The notes beneath the pieces are model-generated. The model did no database searches, was not told the origin of the DNA, and was given only the letters and a program-made list of their open reading frames with translations. DNA of 64,000 nt from Chlamydiales bacterium (lineage in GTDB: Bacteria > Chlamydiota > Chlamydiia > Chlamydiales > JAAZZY01), in contig CBDBKM010000005.1 of assembly GCA_965206695.1 (NCBI GenBank), positions 64,001 through 128,000 on the forward strand. Direction: 5' to 3'. Shown in pieces: positions 1 through 10,425 of this stretch. A program made the position numbers and the translations under genes. Position 1 is the stretch's first letter. Every line of letters starts with the position of its first letter.

Positions 1-629
1 TTTTCAAACTCTTGATACAATTTGTTAGCTGTTGGATTATTCAAAAAACGGCTGAGTATATTGGTAATAGCCCCTACATTTTTAGAAATAGACATCGCAT
101 TATCATTTAAAATGATAGTAAAACGCTTTAGATTCTTTGGAATGTTATTGAGAGCCTCCAGGACCATGCCACATGTAAAGGCAGCATCACCGATAATAGG
201 TAAAATATGTTCTGTGTCATTTTGCAAGTCGCGATTTTTTGCCATCCCTAATGCTAAAGATAACGCCGTACCCGCATGACCGGCATAAAAATGATCATGA
301 TTTGACTCGTTAGGATTGGCAAAGCCACATAACCCTTTATACTTCCGAATTTGATTAAAACGGTTATTTCTACCGGTTAAAATTTTGTGGGTATATGTTT
401 GATGACTGACATCAAAAAGAAATCGGTCAAGCGGTGAATGGAATACCTTGTGTAGAGAAACGGTTAATTCTACCACTCCTAAATTTGAAGCCAAATGGCC
501 CCCATTAACTGAAAGAACTTCGATAATACGATTTCGAATTTCACCGGCTAAATCAATAAGGCTAGCAACTGAAAAATTTTTTATGTCCTGTGGACTTTTT
601 ATTTTAGATAGCAAGTAAGTTGTTTTCAT
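1..629 (-). CDS. dxs: 1-deoxy-D-xylulose-5-phosphate synthase (5' part; runs off window)
   Basis: Manual translation from ATG 629 gives [17 protein letters not shown]...[14 protein letters not shown]...[16 protein letters not shown]...GHAGTALS...GDAALTCG...[14 protein letters not shown], all DXS motifs. Not in the ORF track because it is truncated. Confidence 0.95.
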   Translation of the reverse strand, partial: MKTTYLLSKIKSPQDIKNFSVASLIDLAGEIRNRIIEVLSVNGGHLASNLGVVELTVSLHKVFHSPLDRFLFDVSHQTYTHKILTGRNNRFNQIRKYKGLCGFANPNESNHDHFYAGHAGTALSLALGMAKNRDLQNDTEHILPIIGDAAFTCGMVLEALNNIPKNLKRFTIILNDNAMSISKNVGAITNILSRFLNNPTANKLYQEFE

Positions 630-633
630 GAAC

Positions 634-933
634 TTAAGCCTCTGAATCGGACGAATGAGAGTTTTTTGGCGGCTGATCAGGGTTAAAATCTTGGGTTACA
701 GGTTTTCCGGCTTCATCCAAAGCGAGTTCTTTATTGCGATTTTTTATTAACATTTCAATCCTTTTTTCGGCATTTAAAAGTCTATGATTACAACTCAAAA
801 TTAAAGCATCGGCTTCTTCATATAATTTCAAAGAATCATCCAGCCCTAATTCTCCTGAATTAATTAGTTCCAATATTTCTTCAAGTCTAGAAAAGATTTT
901 CTCAAAGCTTTGTTTATCATTTTCTTTATTCAA
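634..933 (-). CDS. xseB: Exodeoxyribonuclease VII small subunit
   Basis: [12 protein letters not shown]...[13 protein letters not shown]...L.NAEKRIE motif; directly downstream of xseA. Confidence 0.93.
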   Translation of the reverse strand: MNKENDKQSFEKIFSRLEEILELINSGELGLDDSLKLYEEADALILSCNHRLLNAEKRIEMLIKNRNKELALDEAGKPVTQDFNPDQPPKNSHSSDSEA

Positions 934-951
934 GCCTTATTCCTTGTTTAC

Positions 952-2358
952 TTACAGTTTCACTTCTTCTATTTTTGCTAATATGTCACCATCTGATAAT
1001 TGAATACAAACCACTTGCCTTCGAATAAGATCTCTTGCCGAGACGATAACCGAATCTTTCTTTTCATCAAAGAGAATACTATATCCCTTTTTCAAGAGAT
1101 TTTTTGGATCGATAGAGGTTAAATGTGCAACTAAACGCTTCAATTTCTCTTGATCATTATTCAACTTTCTTACAAGTGTCCTATCTAAATAATCCGTTTT
1201 TTTCAGAATTTCTTCATTATAGAGAACCATCTTGTGTTTCATTTTATTTCGGATATTTTTTTCCCATTGCAACAATTCTTTTCTAAGAGAAAAGACCCGT
1301 TTTAAAGGGTTCAAAACCTCTTTTTGCTTTTTCAGCATATCAAGCTGCAATCGCAATGTCGTGATTCGATTCGTCAGAGCTCCATCTAAACGATTCTGCA
1401 TCTCATCCATACTCTGAAAGTAAGACCCCAAAAGAGCATATGGAGAAGTAAATAACGGCTGTCTTAAAACACCTTTTAATCGATGAGAATCTTTTTTTAC
1501 TAAATGTGTCAGCGTTTGACTCAACCTTTGATGATATTCAAAAAGAAGTTCCAGATACCTCTTTTTTTCTGTTACAACTATTTCTGCAGCAGCTGAAGGT
1601 GTCGGTGCTCTAATATCCGCAACCATATCTGAGATAGAGAAATCCGTTTCATGCCCTACAGCCGAAATAATAGGTATCTCACTTTTAAAAACACTTTCTG
1701 CTACAATTTCTTCATTAAAAGGCCGAAGATCTTCTATGCTTCCTCCACCTCGACCAATAATAATGACATCAACTAATTGATAACGGTTAAATTCATCAAT
1801 TGCCTTTGCAATCTCACCTCCGGCTCCTTGTCCTTGTACGCGTACGGGATTTAAAATAAGGTGAATACCACTATATCTACGCTCTAATACATGCACGATA
1901 TCCTGAATGACAGCGCCGGTGGGGCTCGTCACAACCCCTATACGTTTAGGGAAAAGAGGGAGCGTCTTTTTATGGACCGGATCAAACCAACCTTTTTGTT
2001 TTAATTTTTCTTTTAGTTTTTCAAATTGAATAAGCAACTCACCAAAACCTGCAAACTGCAAATTTCTGGCAATAATCTGATAATTCCCTCTTTTTGGATA
2101 AACATTTATTTCACCTTTGATGATCACTTTATCGCCATTTTTCGGTTGATTCTTCAACCAAGTATTCTCCCCTCGAAACATCACAACGGAAATTTGCGCA
2201 TGTGTATCTTTTAAAGAAAAATAATAGTGACCGGAAGATTGTTTTGTAAAATTAGTAATTTCACCTTGCACACAGATAAATGAAAAATTAGTTTCTAAAT
2301 GATATTTGATAGCCTGTGTCAGCTGAAAAACAGATAATATCAATGAATCTTGTTTCAT
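952..2358 (-). CDS. xseA: Exodeoxyribonuclease VII large subunit
   Basis: SGHYYFSLKD, GVVTSPTGAV, RGGGSIEDL, SAVGHETD, APTPSAAAE motifs. Confidence 0.97.
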   Translation of the reverse strand: MKQDSLILSVFQLTQAIKYHLETNFSFICVQGEITNFTKQSSGHYYFSLKDTHAQISVVMFRGENTWLKNQPKNGDKVIIKGEINVYPKRGNYQIIARNLQFAGFGELLIQFEKLKEKLKQKGWFDPVHKKTLPLFPKRIGVVTSPTGAVIQDIVHVLERRYSGIHLILNPVRVQGQGAGGEIAKAIDEFNRYQLVDVIIIGRGGGSIEDLRPFNEEIVAESVFKSEIPIISAVGHETDFSISDMVADIRAPTPSAAAEIVVTEKKRYLELLFEYHQRLSQTLTHLVKKDSHRLKGVLRQPLFTSPYALLGSYFQSMDEMQNRLDGALTNRITTLRLQLDMLKKQKEVLNPLKRVFSLRKELLQWEKNIRNKMKHKMVLYNEEILKKTDYLDRTLVRKLNNDQEKLKRLVAHLTSIDPKNLLKKGYSILFDEKKDSVIVSARDLIRRQVVCIQLSDGDILAKIEEVKL

Positions 2359-2555
2359 AAATCCTCTATAAAATGTCTAAATTTACAATTATCTTCAAAA
2401 AACATTAAACCAAATAACTTATCATGATAATAAGATTAACTCTTCAAAACAAACTTTTTTATTTAGATCTCTATCTTTTTTGATAAAATAGGTTGAAATT
2501 CTACGCATGCAAGGGTATCATATTTATCTTTAAACGATGGTTAGTTTTTATTGAC

Positions 2556-3317
2556 ATGCAAAGAATGCAAATCATTACAGGTAACTGGAAGATGTATAAA
2601 ACTATTGAGGAAACTCTTACTTTTGTGCAGCAGTTAATCCCTATGCTTGATGCCTGTTATCAAGAAATATTTTTAGCAACGCCTTTTACTGCCCTCTCTG
2701 CTGCTGCAATAGCCGCTAACGGCAGCCCTTTAATTATTGGAGCGCAAAATATGCATGAAAAGGAACAGGGTGCCTACACCGGTGAGATTTCCCCTTTAAT
2801 GCTTAATGACGCAGGAGCTAAGTTCGTCCTCATTGGACATTCAGAGAGAAGATACTATTTTAATGAGACCGATGATCTCATCAATGCTAAATTGAAAACT
2901 GCATTATTAAACGGGCTTACTCCGACTTTTTGTATAGGAGAATCACTTGAAGATTTTGAAGCGAAGCGAACACATGATATATTGGCTTCTCAATTAACTA
3001 ATGGATTAAAAAATTTTTCTAAAGAAGAAATTGCTAATATCATTTTAGCATATGAGCCCGTATGGGCTATTGGCACAGGAAAAACGGCGACAGCAGATAT
3101 CGCTCAAACGGCCCATAAATTTTGCCGTGAGTTCGTTGCCAAAAACTGGGACCAAGAGGTTGCTGATCATTTGACTATTCAATATGGCGGTTCAGTTAAA
3201 CCTGATAATATTAAAGAATTACTTGATGAAGATGATATCGATGGAGCTCTTATTGGAGGAGCCTCATTAGATATTGACTCTTTTAAATTGATTATTAATA
3301 ACTTAAAGGAATCTTGA
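2556..3317 (+). CDS. tpiA: Triosephosphate isomerase
   Basis: GNWKM, GAYTGEIS, IGHSERR, AYEPVWAIGTG, YGGSVKP. Start moved to ATG 2556. Confidence 0.97.
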   Translation: MQRMQIITGNWKMYKTIEETLTFVQQLIPMLDACYQEIFLATPFTALSAAAIAANGSPLIIGAQNMHEKEQGAYTGEISPLMLNDAGAKFVLIGHSERRYYFNETDDLINAKLKTALLNGLTPTFCIGESLEDFEAKRTHDILASQLTNGLKNFSKEEIANIILAYEPVWAIGTGKTATADIAQTAHKFCREFVAKNWDQEVADHLTIQYGGSVKPDNIKELLDEDDIDGALIGGASLDIDSFKLIINNLKES

Positions 3318-3617
3318 ATGACCTTTATTTATTTTTCGAGCCTTATTATTTTTATACTTTTATGTATTCTTCTCTGTTTTGTCATTCTCCTTCAAGAGAG
3401 CAAAAGCATGGGAATGGGAGCCTCCTTTGGAGGAGACAGCTCTGATTCCTTATTTGGTACAGCGACAGCGGATATTTTAAAAAAATTCACCGCATGGCTG
3501 GCTTTTGCCTTTTTAATTGCTTGTGTCTTCTTATCTTCTTGGACAGCGGCAATGGGTAGAGTTACAACAAAATCAGCAACTGTTGCCATTGAAGAATCAA
3601 TCACTTTGCCGGAATAA
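3318..3617 (+). CDS. secG: Preprotein translocase subunit SecG
   Basis: Two TM helices flanking LLQESKSMGMGASFGG...SLFG; follows tpiA. Confidence 0.92.
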   Translation: MTFIYFSSLIIFILLCILLCFVILLQESKSMGMGASFGGDSSDSLFGTATADILKKFTAWLAFAFLIACVFLSSWTAAMGRVTTKSATVAIEESITLPE

Positions 3618-3632
3618 AGGTCTCGTTGTTTT

Positions 3633-4163
3633 ATGATATTAGAACTTGCCTATTATGATGATCCTTTCCTAAGAAAGAAGGCTCTGCCGGTAGACGAAAT
3701 CACCGATGATGTCAGAGAGTTTATAGCCAATTTGATAGAGACTATGCAGAACTTTTCAAATGGCATTGGATTAGCTGCCACTCAAGTAAAAAGTTTATAT
3801 CGAATTTTTGTTATTTGCCCTCTAACAGAAAATGTTGAGGGTAAGACACATATAGGGCATCCTGAGGTTTTTATTAATCCTGTTCTTTCTGAACCCGAAG
3901 AAAAAACTGAAGTAATTACAGAAGGATGTCTTTCATTTCCGGGGCTTTATGTCCCTATTCAAAGACCCTTAGCCATTACGGTTGAAGCTCAAGATCCGGA
4001 AGGCAATTCCTTCAAAAAAAGATTTACAGGCTATGTTGCCAGACAAATCATGCATGAGAACGATCATTTAAATGGTGTTCTATATATTGATAGGTTAAAA
4101 ATTAAAGAACGTCAATCGATTGAATCCAAGCTAGCCGCCATAAAAAAACAGTTTAGAAAGTAA
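3633..4163 (+). CDS. def: Peptide deformylase
   Basis: GIGLAATQV, EGCLS, HENDHLNG motifs. Confidence 0.96.
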   Translation: MILELAYYDDPFLRKKALPVDEITDDVREFIANLIETMQNFSNGIGLAATQVKSLYRIFVICPLTENVEGKTHIGHPEVFINPVLSEPEEKTEVITEGCLSFPGLYVPIQRPLAITVEAQDPEGNSFKKRFTGYVARQIMHENDHLNGVLYIDRLKIKERQSIESKLAAIKKQFRK

Positions 4164-4212
4164 TTTTTTTAAATATTAATCTCTAAAAATCAATTACCCG
4201 AATATTATACTT

Positions 4213-5311
4213 CGCCCTTTCAACATCGAAGTGCAACAAACCGCTACAAATTAAACTTGTCTGAAGGTGGTAAAAAATCTCCTATGGTAAACGTAAGAAA
4301 ACCAAGGAGGAAAGATGCCAAACGGCTACCGTCACTTAAACAAAGACAAGAGATGCCAATTGTATACCTTAATAAGAAGAGGAGATCCTATCACCTTAAT
4401 TTCCAATGAGTTAAACGTAAATCGATCGACTGTTTATCGCGAGCTAAAACGAAATTGTGGAAAGCGTGGATATCGGTATCAACAGGCTCAAGAGAAGGCT
4501 TTAAAGAGACGAGGCTCAAAAACTCAACAACGAAAGATGAGCAGTGTAATGATTGCCATTATCGAAGAGAAGTTAAGCGTGCAGTGGAGCCCCGATCAAA
4601 TATCGGGATGGCTGAAGAAGAAAGGGTATCAAGAAGCTGTAAGCCATGAGACAATCTATAACTATGTTTGGGAGGACAAAAAAAGAGGAGGCTTGTTGTA
4701 TAAACACCTTAGACATAGTGGGAAGAAATATAACAAGCGAGGTAAAAATAGGGCCGGACGAGGATGTATTCCCGGACGGACAGATATTTCTGAAAGGCCT
4801 GATATCGTAGAGAAGAAAACTCGTTTAGGCGATTGGGAACTAGATACAATCATAGGAACAGAAGGGAGCGGAGTCATTGTCTCAATGGTCGAAAGAGTCT
4901 CAAAGCTAACAAAACCGGAAAAAGTCTCGCGTAAAACCGCTGAGGAAGTAAAGGATGCGCTAGTAAACAGGTTAAGACCGGTCCAAAAATTTGTCATGAC
5001 ATTAACTGCTGACAACGGGAAAGAATTTACTTACCATAAACAAGTGAGCCAATTACTTGAGACAAGTTTTTACTTTGCTACCCCCTATCATTCGTGGGAG
5101 AGAGGGCTGAACGAGCATACGAATGGACTCGTTCGACAATATCTCCCTAAAAATAAACGGTTTGATGAAGTCTCAGCAGGTAATTTAAAAAAGATTGAGA
5201 ACTTGCTTAACAATAGACCCCGAAAAGTGTTAAACTTTTCAACACCGGAGGAGGTGTTTAACCGTCTCAGTAAGGAAGCAGCGAGTGTTGCACTTCGATG
5301 TTGAAAGGGCG
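4213..5311 (+). mobile_element. IS30-family element, apparently intact (transposase 4315..5304)
   Basis: Perfect 26-bp IRs cgccctttcaacatcgaagtgcaaca (4213-4238 / 5286-5311); 3-bp CTT duplication; motifs WELDT, DNGKEF, WERGLNEHTNGLVRQY, NNRPRK. Confidence 0.95.
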
Positions 5312-5369
5312 CTTAAATACCCGAATATTATACTTAAAAACGCCCCCTCCTTAAATATTCAAAAAAAAT

Positions 5370-5411
5370 CTTATATGCTTTTACTTATATGCTTTTACTT
5401 ATATGCTTTTA
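5370..5411. repeat. 3 x 14-bp tandem repeat cttatatgctttta
   Basis: Exact copies at 5370, 5384 and 5398. Confidence 0.9.
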
Positions 5412-5557
5412 ATTTATTTATTAAAAACAAATACTCAATAAATAAAATATTGACAAACTTTATTAAATACATTAAAATTAAGCAGCAAAAGCAATCAAAA
5501 ACACATAAAAACTTGATAGTTTAAAATATTAATAAAAATTAATTGGAGAAAAAAAAT

Positions 5558-6564
5558 ATGTTTATAGTAAAAAACACCAAAATCAGCGGTTAATCAGTAC
5601 GTTGTTCCCTCCGGATACGAGAGATCCATCGCAGTCACAAACTCATCAACAACCTACTTGGCTAAGCTCGAAGGGAGCTTTGAAGGTAGCTTCGATAGCA
5701 ATAAGTCATATCCCAAAACCGGGGGAACAAGGACCTCATATCCCAAAACCGGGGGAACAAGGACCGAAGAAATTAATTATGCCGATAACTACGCATTCGG
5801 GCTCTATAGGTGGGCTATTTAACGAGAACGAGTCGGAACTTGAGGTATTTTCGGAAACATCACCTCCACCCTCTCCGGTAACATCACGTCCACCCTCTCC
5901 GGTAACATCACGTCCACCCTCTCCGGTAACATCAGGTCCAGTCTTTTCGGAGAAAGATTTCTTATTCTCACAGCCAGTGTTCCAACAAATAGCCTTAGAG
6001 CAGTATTTCCGCCAGCTATTGCCTGGTTTTTCCGAACCAGATATAAAGAGTATGGCTAGAAATACGATACATGACAATTCAGATATCCGCCACATACTTG
6101 ATACCTATTATAATAAACAGCAAATGGTAAAGCCAATGGAAAAGACACCCAAATTGGGGATCCAAAAACCGGTTGCACAATCTTGGAGCGAGAGCTACCC
6201 AAAGGCAATGTATTGCTTGAGGCTCGGCCCGGTTGTTGATGGTGCTTCTCTTCTTAAAAATACCGGTCAAACTATTCTGAGTGCCGGTAAAGCTATTCTG
6301 AAGAATCAAACAGTTCAGACAGTAGCAGCGACAGTAGCAGTGACAGTATTAGCAATAATAGCAGGAGAATCCTTCACCGGCCGAAACATGACTCAGACTG
6401 CCGGTAATCTTTATTGTGGCTCATTAGCAAACGTATCTTATTTAGGTGCTTATTGTGGTAATGGCACTACTAATTCTAATATAACTGCTAATAATACAAC
6501 TGCCGGTTTTAATACAACTGCCGGTTTTAATACAACTGCTAATAATACAACAGCTAATTTGTAA
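5558..6564 (+). CDS. Repeat-containing single-TM protein, candidate secreted effector
   Basis: GGAG RBS before ATG 5558. Removing one A (~5570) and one G (~5810) gives a continuous protein joining the ORF-track frame. Internal 30-, 24- and 18-bp repeats, a hydrophobic helix and an N/T-rich tail. Confidence 0.65.
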
Positions 6565-6593
6565 ATAATTAATTTTTTTAATCAAATTAATTC

Positions 6594-6630
6594 AAAAAAC
6601 CAACAGAGAAAACTCTGTTGGTTTTTTTTT
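6594..6630 (+). terminator. Rho-independent terminator (possibly bidirectional)
   Basis: aaaaaaccaacagag-aaaa-ctctgttggttttttttt. Confidence 0.9.
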
Positions 6631-6700
6631 CTGCCTTCATACTTTTTAAAAAATACTCGGAGTCTCTAAAATTCGGGCTTTAGTTCTTTCAAGGTTTTAT

Positions 6701-7391
6701 ATGCGTCTTATCATTATCATACAAGCCAGGATGGGTTCCGGTAGACTTAAAGGAAAAAACTCTACGATCTATCTTAAAAAAGCCTCTTTTATACTATGTT
6801 GTGCATCGTTTGCAAATGATGGATACTCATCCTTTTATCGTTGTTGCTACGACTCATAAAGAAGAAGATAAGGCAATTGTAGACTATTGCCTAGATAATG
6901 CAATAGAGGTCTTTAAAGGCAATGAGAACGACGTTTTAGCAAGATTCTATGAAACAGGTAAGTATTACCAAGCAGATGCTATTGTGCGTATAACAGCAGA
7001 CTGCCCTCTAATAGACCCAAAGGTGACAAGTGAAGTTATCGAACATTTTACTTATCATTATCCAAAATACGACTATGTCTCAAATGTCATACCTAAAAGG
7101 ACGTATCCTAAAGGACTGGATACGGAGGTCTTTAAGTTCTCTTCTTTAGAAAGAGCATATCTAGAAACTTCTTTACCATTTGATAGAGAACATGTAACCC
7201 CCTATTTTTATCAAAACCCGGATATTATCAATTTATCAGGAGTTTGCTTAAAACATAATTATGCCGGATATAATATTTCAGTAGATACTTATCAGGATTT
7301 TAAGAAGGTAAAAGAAATATTTGAATACTTCCATCCTCTGCAACCTGACTTTAATGATGTCGTTGTTTTTCTTAATTCGAAAAAAAATTGA
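6701..7391 (+). CDS. SpsF-like cytidylyltransferase-family protein (frameshift near 6755)
   Basis: MRLIIIIQARMGSGRLKGK, then +1 in an A6 run, then DVLARF, VRITADCPLIDP, YPKGLDTEV, REHVT. Confidence 0.85.
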
Positions 7392-7427
7392 CTTTTCTTT
7401 TCTTTTTTTTTGACGTATCATGCCTGT

Positions 7428-8988
7428 ATGCTAAAAGACATTGCACTCCGGCCAATAAAAGGCACAGACTCAGAAATTAGCCGAATCCTGAAATGGCGAA
7501 ATGATTTGGTTACCAGAAGCATGTCTTTTCATGGGGAGTTAAAATCTTATGCCGATTTTAAAAAAGAGTTTTATAAACGTTACTTTGAGTTAAATAAGCT
7601 ACCCCCTTTTTTTATTGTATATCATCAAGAGCCTATCGGAGTTATTTTTTTCTCTTCATTTTCCCAACAAGATGCTTGCCTTGTTTCCATCAATCTTGAT
7701 TCAGATAAAAGAAATAAGGGGTTAGGCTCTGATACTTTAAAAAAAAATTCAAAGCTATGTCAAAAAAAAAGGCTATCGCTATATCTATGCTTTCATTAAA
7801 ACAGAAAACATACGAGCTATAAAAGCCTTTGAAAAAGCAGGATTCTATTTGAGAGAGAAAAAGCAAAAAATTCAGGATAATAACGACTGTGTAGACATCT
7901 GCCTCTATTCTATTGATTTAAAGAAAAAAGACTCTGTTTTTATTATTGCCGAAGCCGGGGTAAACTGGCGATTGGGATCTATAGAAAATGATAGAGCCAT
8001 GGCTAAGCTGTTAATTGAATTAGCAAAAGAAGCAGGAGCCGATGCTATTAAATTCCAGCTCTACCATCCTGAAGGAGTCTATGTTCCCAACGCAGGAAAA
8101 GCTTCCTATCTAACAAAAAATGGGGTAGATAAGGATATTAATACCCTTTTTGCCGAATATGCATTGCCGGCTGACCGGATTGCGGAATTAGCTGAGTATG
8201 CTTATACTTTAGATATCGAATTTATGTGTTCTTCGTTTTCTAAGAAAGACTTTTTAGCAATCAATCCCTTTGTTACAAGACATAAAATCGCCTCATACGA
8301 AATCACTCACTTGCGTTTGATTGAATTGGCTGCACAATCCAATAAACCTCTTATCTTATCTACAGGAGCCAGCTCGGAAGCCGATATTGCCTGGGCAGTT
8401 AGTACTTTTAAAAAACACGGAGGAAAAGACCTCACTTTAATGCAGTGTACGGCTCAATACCCTGCCGATCCTGAAAGCATGCAATTACAAACGATTTCCC
8501 GGCTAAAGAATCGTTTTGGATCCACTGTAGGACTCTCTGATCACTCTGAGCATCCTTTGCATGCTCCCTTAGCAGCGGTTGCAATAGGTGCAAAGGTGAT
8601 AGAAAAACACTTTACAATCGATAAACGTCTACCCGGGCCCGATCATTTTTTTGCTATCACTGATTCTCAGTTAAAAGAGATGGTAGGCGCTATTCGTCAA
8701 GTAGAGAAGATGTTAGGAGAAGAGAGAAAATGTGTTTTTGAAAAAGAAAAGGAGCTCTATAGTTTTGCCAAGCGGGGTATACAAGCTATCAAACCTATTT
8801 CTAAAGGCGATATTTTAAAAGAAGGTATAAACATTGATATCTTGCGAGCAGGCGTTCAACCACGAGGCCTTCACCCTAAATATCTTACTGAAATAGAAGG
8901 GAAAAAAGCTGAAAAATCAATTTTATTAGGTCATGGAATACAAATAGGGGATTGGAATGAAAACCAGCTTAAAAGCACTGTTCGTTGA
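7428..8988 (+). CDS. GNAT N-acetyltransferase fused to NeuB/PseI-family nonulosonate synthase (frameshift near 7745)
   Basis: PseH-like WRND...R.MSF. After +1 in an A9 run the frame continues IYAFIKTENIRAIKAFEKAGF into IIAEAGVN, AGADAIKFQ, KIASYE, GLSDH, IEKHFT and a SAF domain. Confidence 0.85.
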
Positions 8989-9595
8989 TTTAGATGGCAC
9001 GTTAGTTGATAGCCTCCCTTTTTTAAAGAAGACATTTAAAAGATTTTTGAAAAAATATGGGATACTCCCACCTCTTCAAGATTTTCAAATGTATAATGGT
9101 CTTTGTTTGCAGACAATCATCCAAATACTTCGTAAAAAACATTCACACCTTCCTTCCCAAGATGAGCTGTTGAAGGAGTATCAGACTCATTTACAAAATA
9201 GCTATTTAACACTTCCTCTGCATAACGGGGCCGGGCTTTTTTTAGAATATGCTTATAAAAGAGGGTTAAATCTCATATTAGTAACCGCAGCTCCCTATAA
9301 GCTTGCCAAATGTTTTTTAAAAAGCCATAACATCATGCATTACTTTCAATCGATTCAAACCAATGACTGTTTAAAAATAGCAAAGCAAGATCCTGCCTTT
9401 TATAAACAGGTATTGTCAAAATATGCTCTTGCTGCAAATGAAGTTCTTTTGATTGAAGATTCGATGAAAAATATTTTAGCTGCTAATTTGGCCGGAATGA
9501 AAAGTATGCTAATCGCTCATAGGGCTTTTTTTCATCCTCTGCCCTCTCATAATAATTTTAAAACACTCAAACACTTATTAAGCTTGCAACCATGA
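8957..9595 (+). CDS. HAD-superfamily phosphatase
   Basis: DLDGTLVDS motif I; IEDS..NI.AA..AGM motif. Confidence 0.85.
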   Translation: MKTSLKALFVDLDGTLVDSLPFLKKTFKRFLKKYGILPPLQDFQMYNGLCLQTIIQILRKKHSHLPSQDELLKEYQTHLQNSYLTLPLHNGAGLFLEYAYKRGLNLILVTAAPYKLAKCFLKSHNIMHYFQSIQTNDCLKIAKQDPAFYKQVLSKYALAANEVLLIEDSMKNILAANLAGMKSMLIAHRAFFHPLPSHNNFKTLKHLLSLQP

Positions 9596-10338
9596 CATCA
9601 GACTTAAATCTTAAAACGTATCCCGTCACCGAAACGTTTTCTGTCATCAATCAAGAGAAAAGTTTTTCCTATAATGATAAAGAATCTCATTTTATTGATG
9701 AGAATTGGAAAACCCTTTTAAAAACAAGCCACAAATCTTTATTTAACGGTCAAATTTTTTGCATCGACACATTTGATTCTGAATTACTTATAGGATTCTA
9801 TGTTGAATACAAACAATTCCTGGCTCATAGAATAAACCCTAAGCTGAAAAAAAAATATCCCTTAATCTCCCTAGGCGTTAGCGGTATCACATTTTTTAAA
9901 GACCATCTTCTTTTTGGGACGCGTTCGAATCAAGTCTATTCATATAATAAATATCTGGAGTTGGCTCCTTCCGGAAATGTGGATGACAGCTGCAAACAAG
10001 GTGATAATATACTTTATCGTAAGCAGCTATTATTAGAATTGGAACAAGAGACAACGATTGCATCGAAATATGTCACAACACTTACACCCTTTACGCTTCT
10101 TTATGATAGGCAAGAAGAGTATTATGATATTTGCATGCTCGTCATACTCGATGATAACTGCCCAATAAGTACAGAGCCTAATGACGAGTATGACTCTCTT
10201 TCTTTGCTTTCCTTAAAAGAGCTCCCTCGCTTTCTGGAATCGAAAAAAAATAATATTATACCCCCCTCCTTAGCTGTGCTAAAACTCTCTTATATTAAAG
10301 ATACAATCGCAAAAATTTTACTTGCATACGGTGACTAA
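9592..10338 (+). CDS. NUDIX-like hydrolase
   Basis: LFNGQIF, ELAPSG and a degenerate NUDIX box QLLLELEQET. Confidence 0.6.
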   Translation: MTSDLNLKTYPVTETFSVINQEKSFSYNDKESHFIDENWKTLLKTSHKSLFNGQIFCIDTFDSELLIGFYVEYKQFLAHRINPKLKKKYPLISLGVSGITFFKDHLLFGTRSNQVYSYNKYLELAPSGNVDDSCKQGDNILYRKQLLLELEQETTIASKYVTTLTPFTLLYDRQEEYYDICMLVILDDNCPISTEPNDEYDSLSLLSLKELPRFLESKKNNIIPPSLAVLKLSYIKDTIAKILLAYGD

Positions 10339-10425
10339 CTGCCTTAAAAGGCATGTTGATTAAATTGGTTGATATCCAATGAGTTCACACATTTAATTAT
10401 AAGTAACTGTTTTCTTCATTACTTT

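Noticed and set aside
22..279. Short antisense or alternate-frame ORFs (also 1232, 3392, 4662, 5736, 13617, 18316, 43159, 59643 and others)
   Set aside because: Shadows of well-supported genes on the other strand or frame.
4195..5335. Apparent 18-bp target duplication around IS30
   Set aside because: Offset by 6 bp on the right; better explained by a 3-bp duplication inside a pre-existing tandem repeat.
5370..6550. Short repeats as a CRISPR array
   Set aside because: Tandem with no spacers, mostly coding, and no cas genes.
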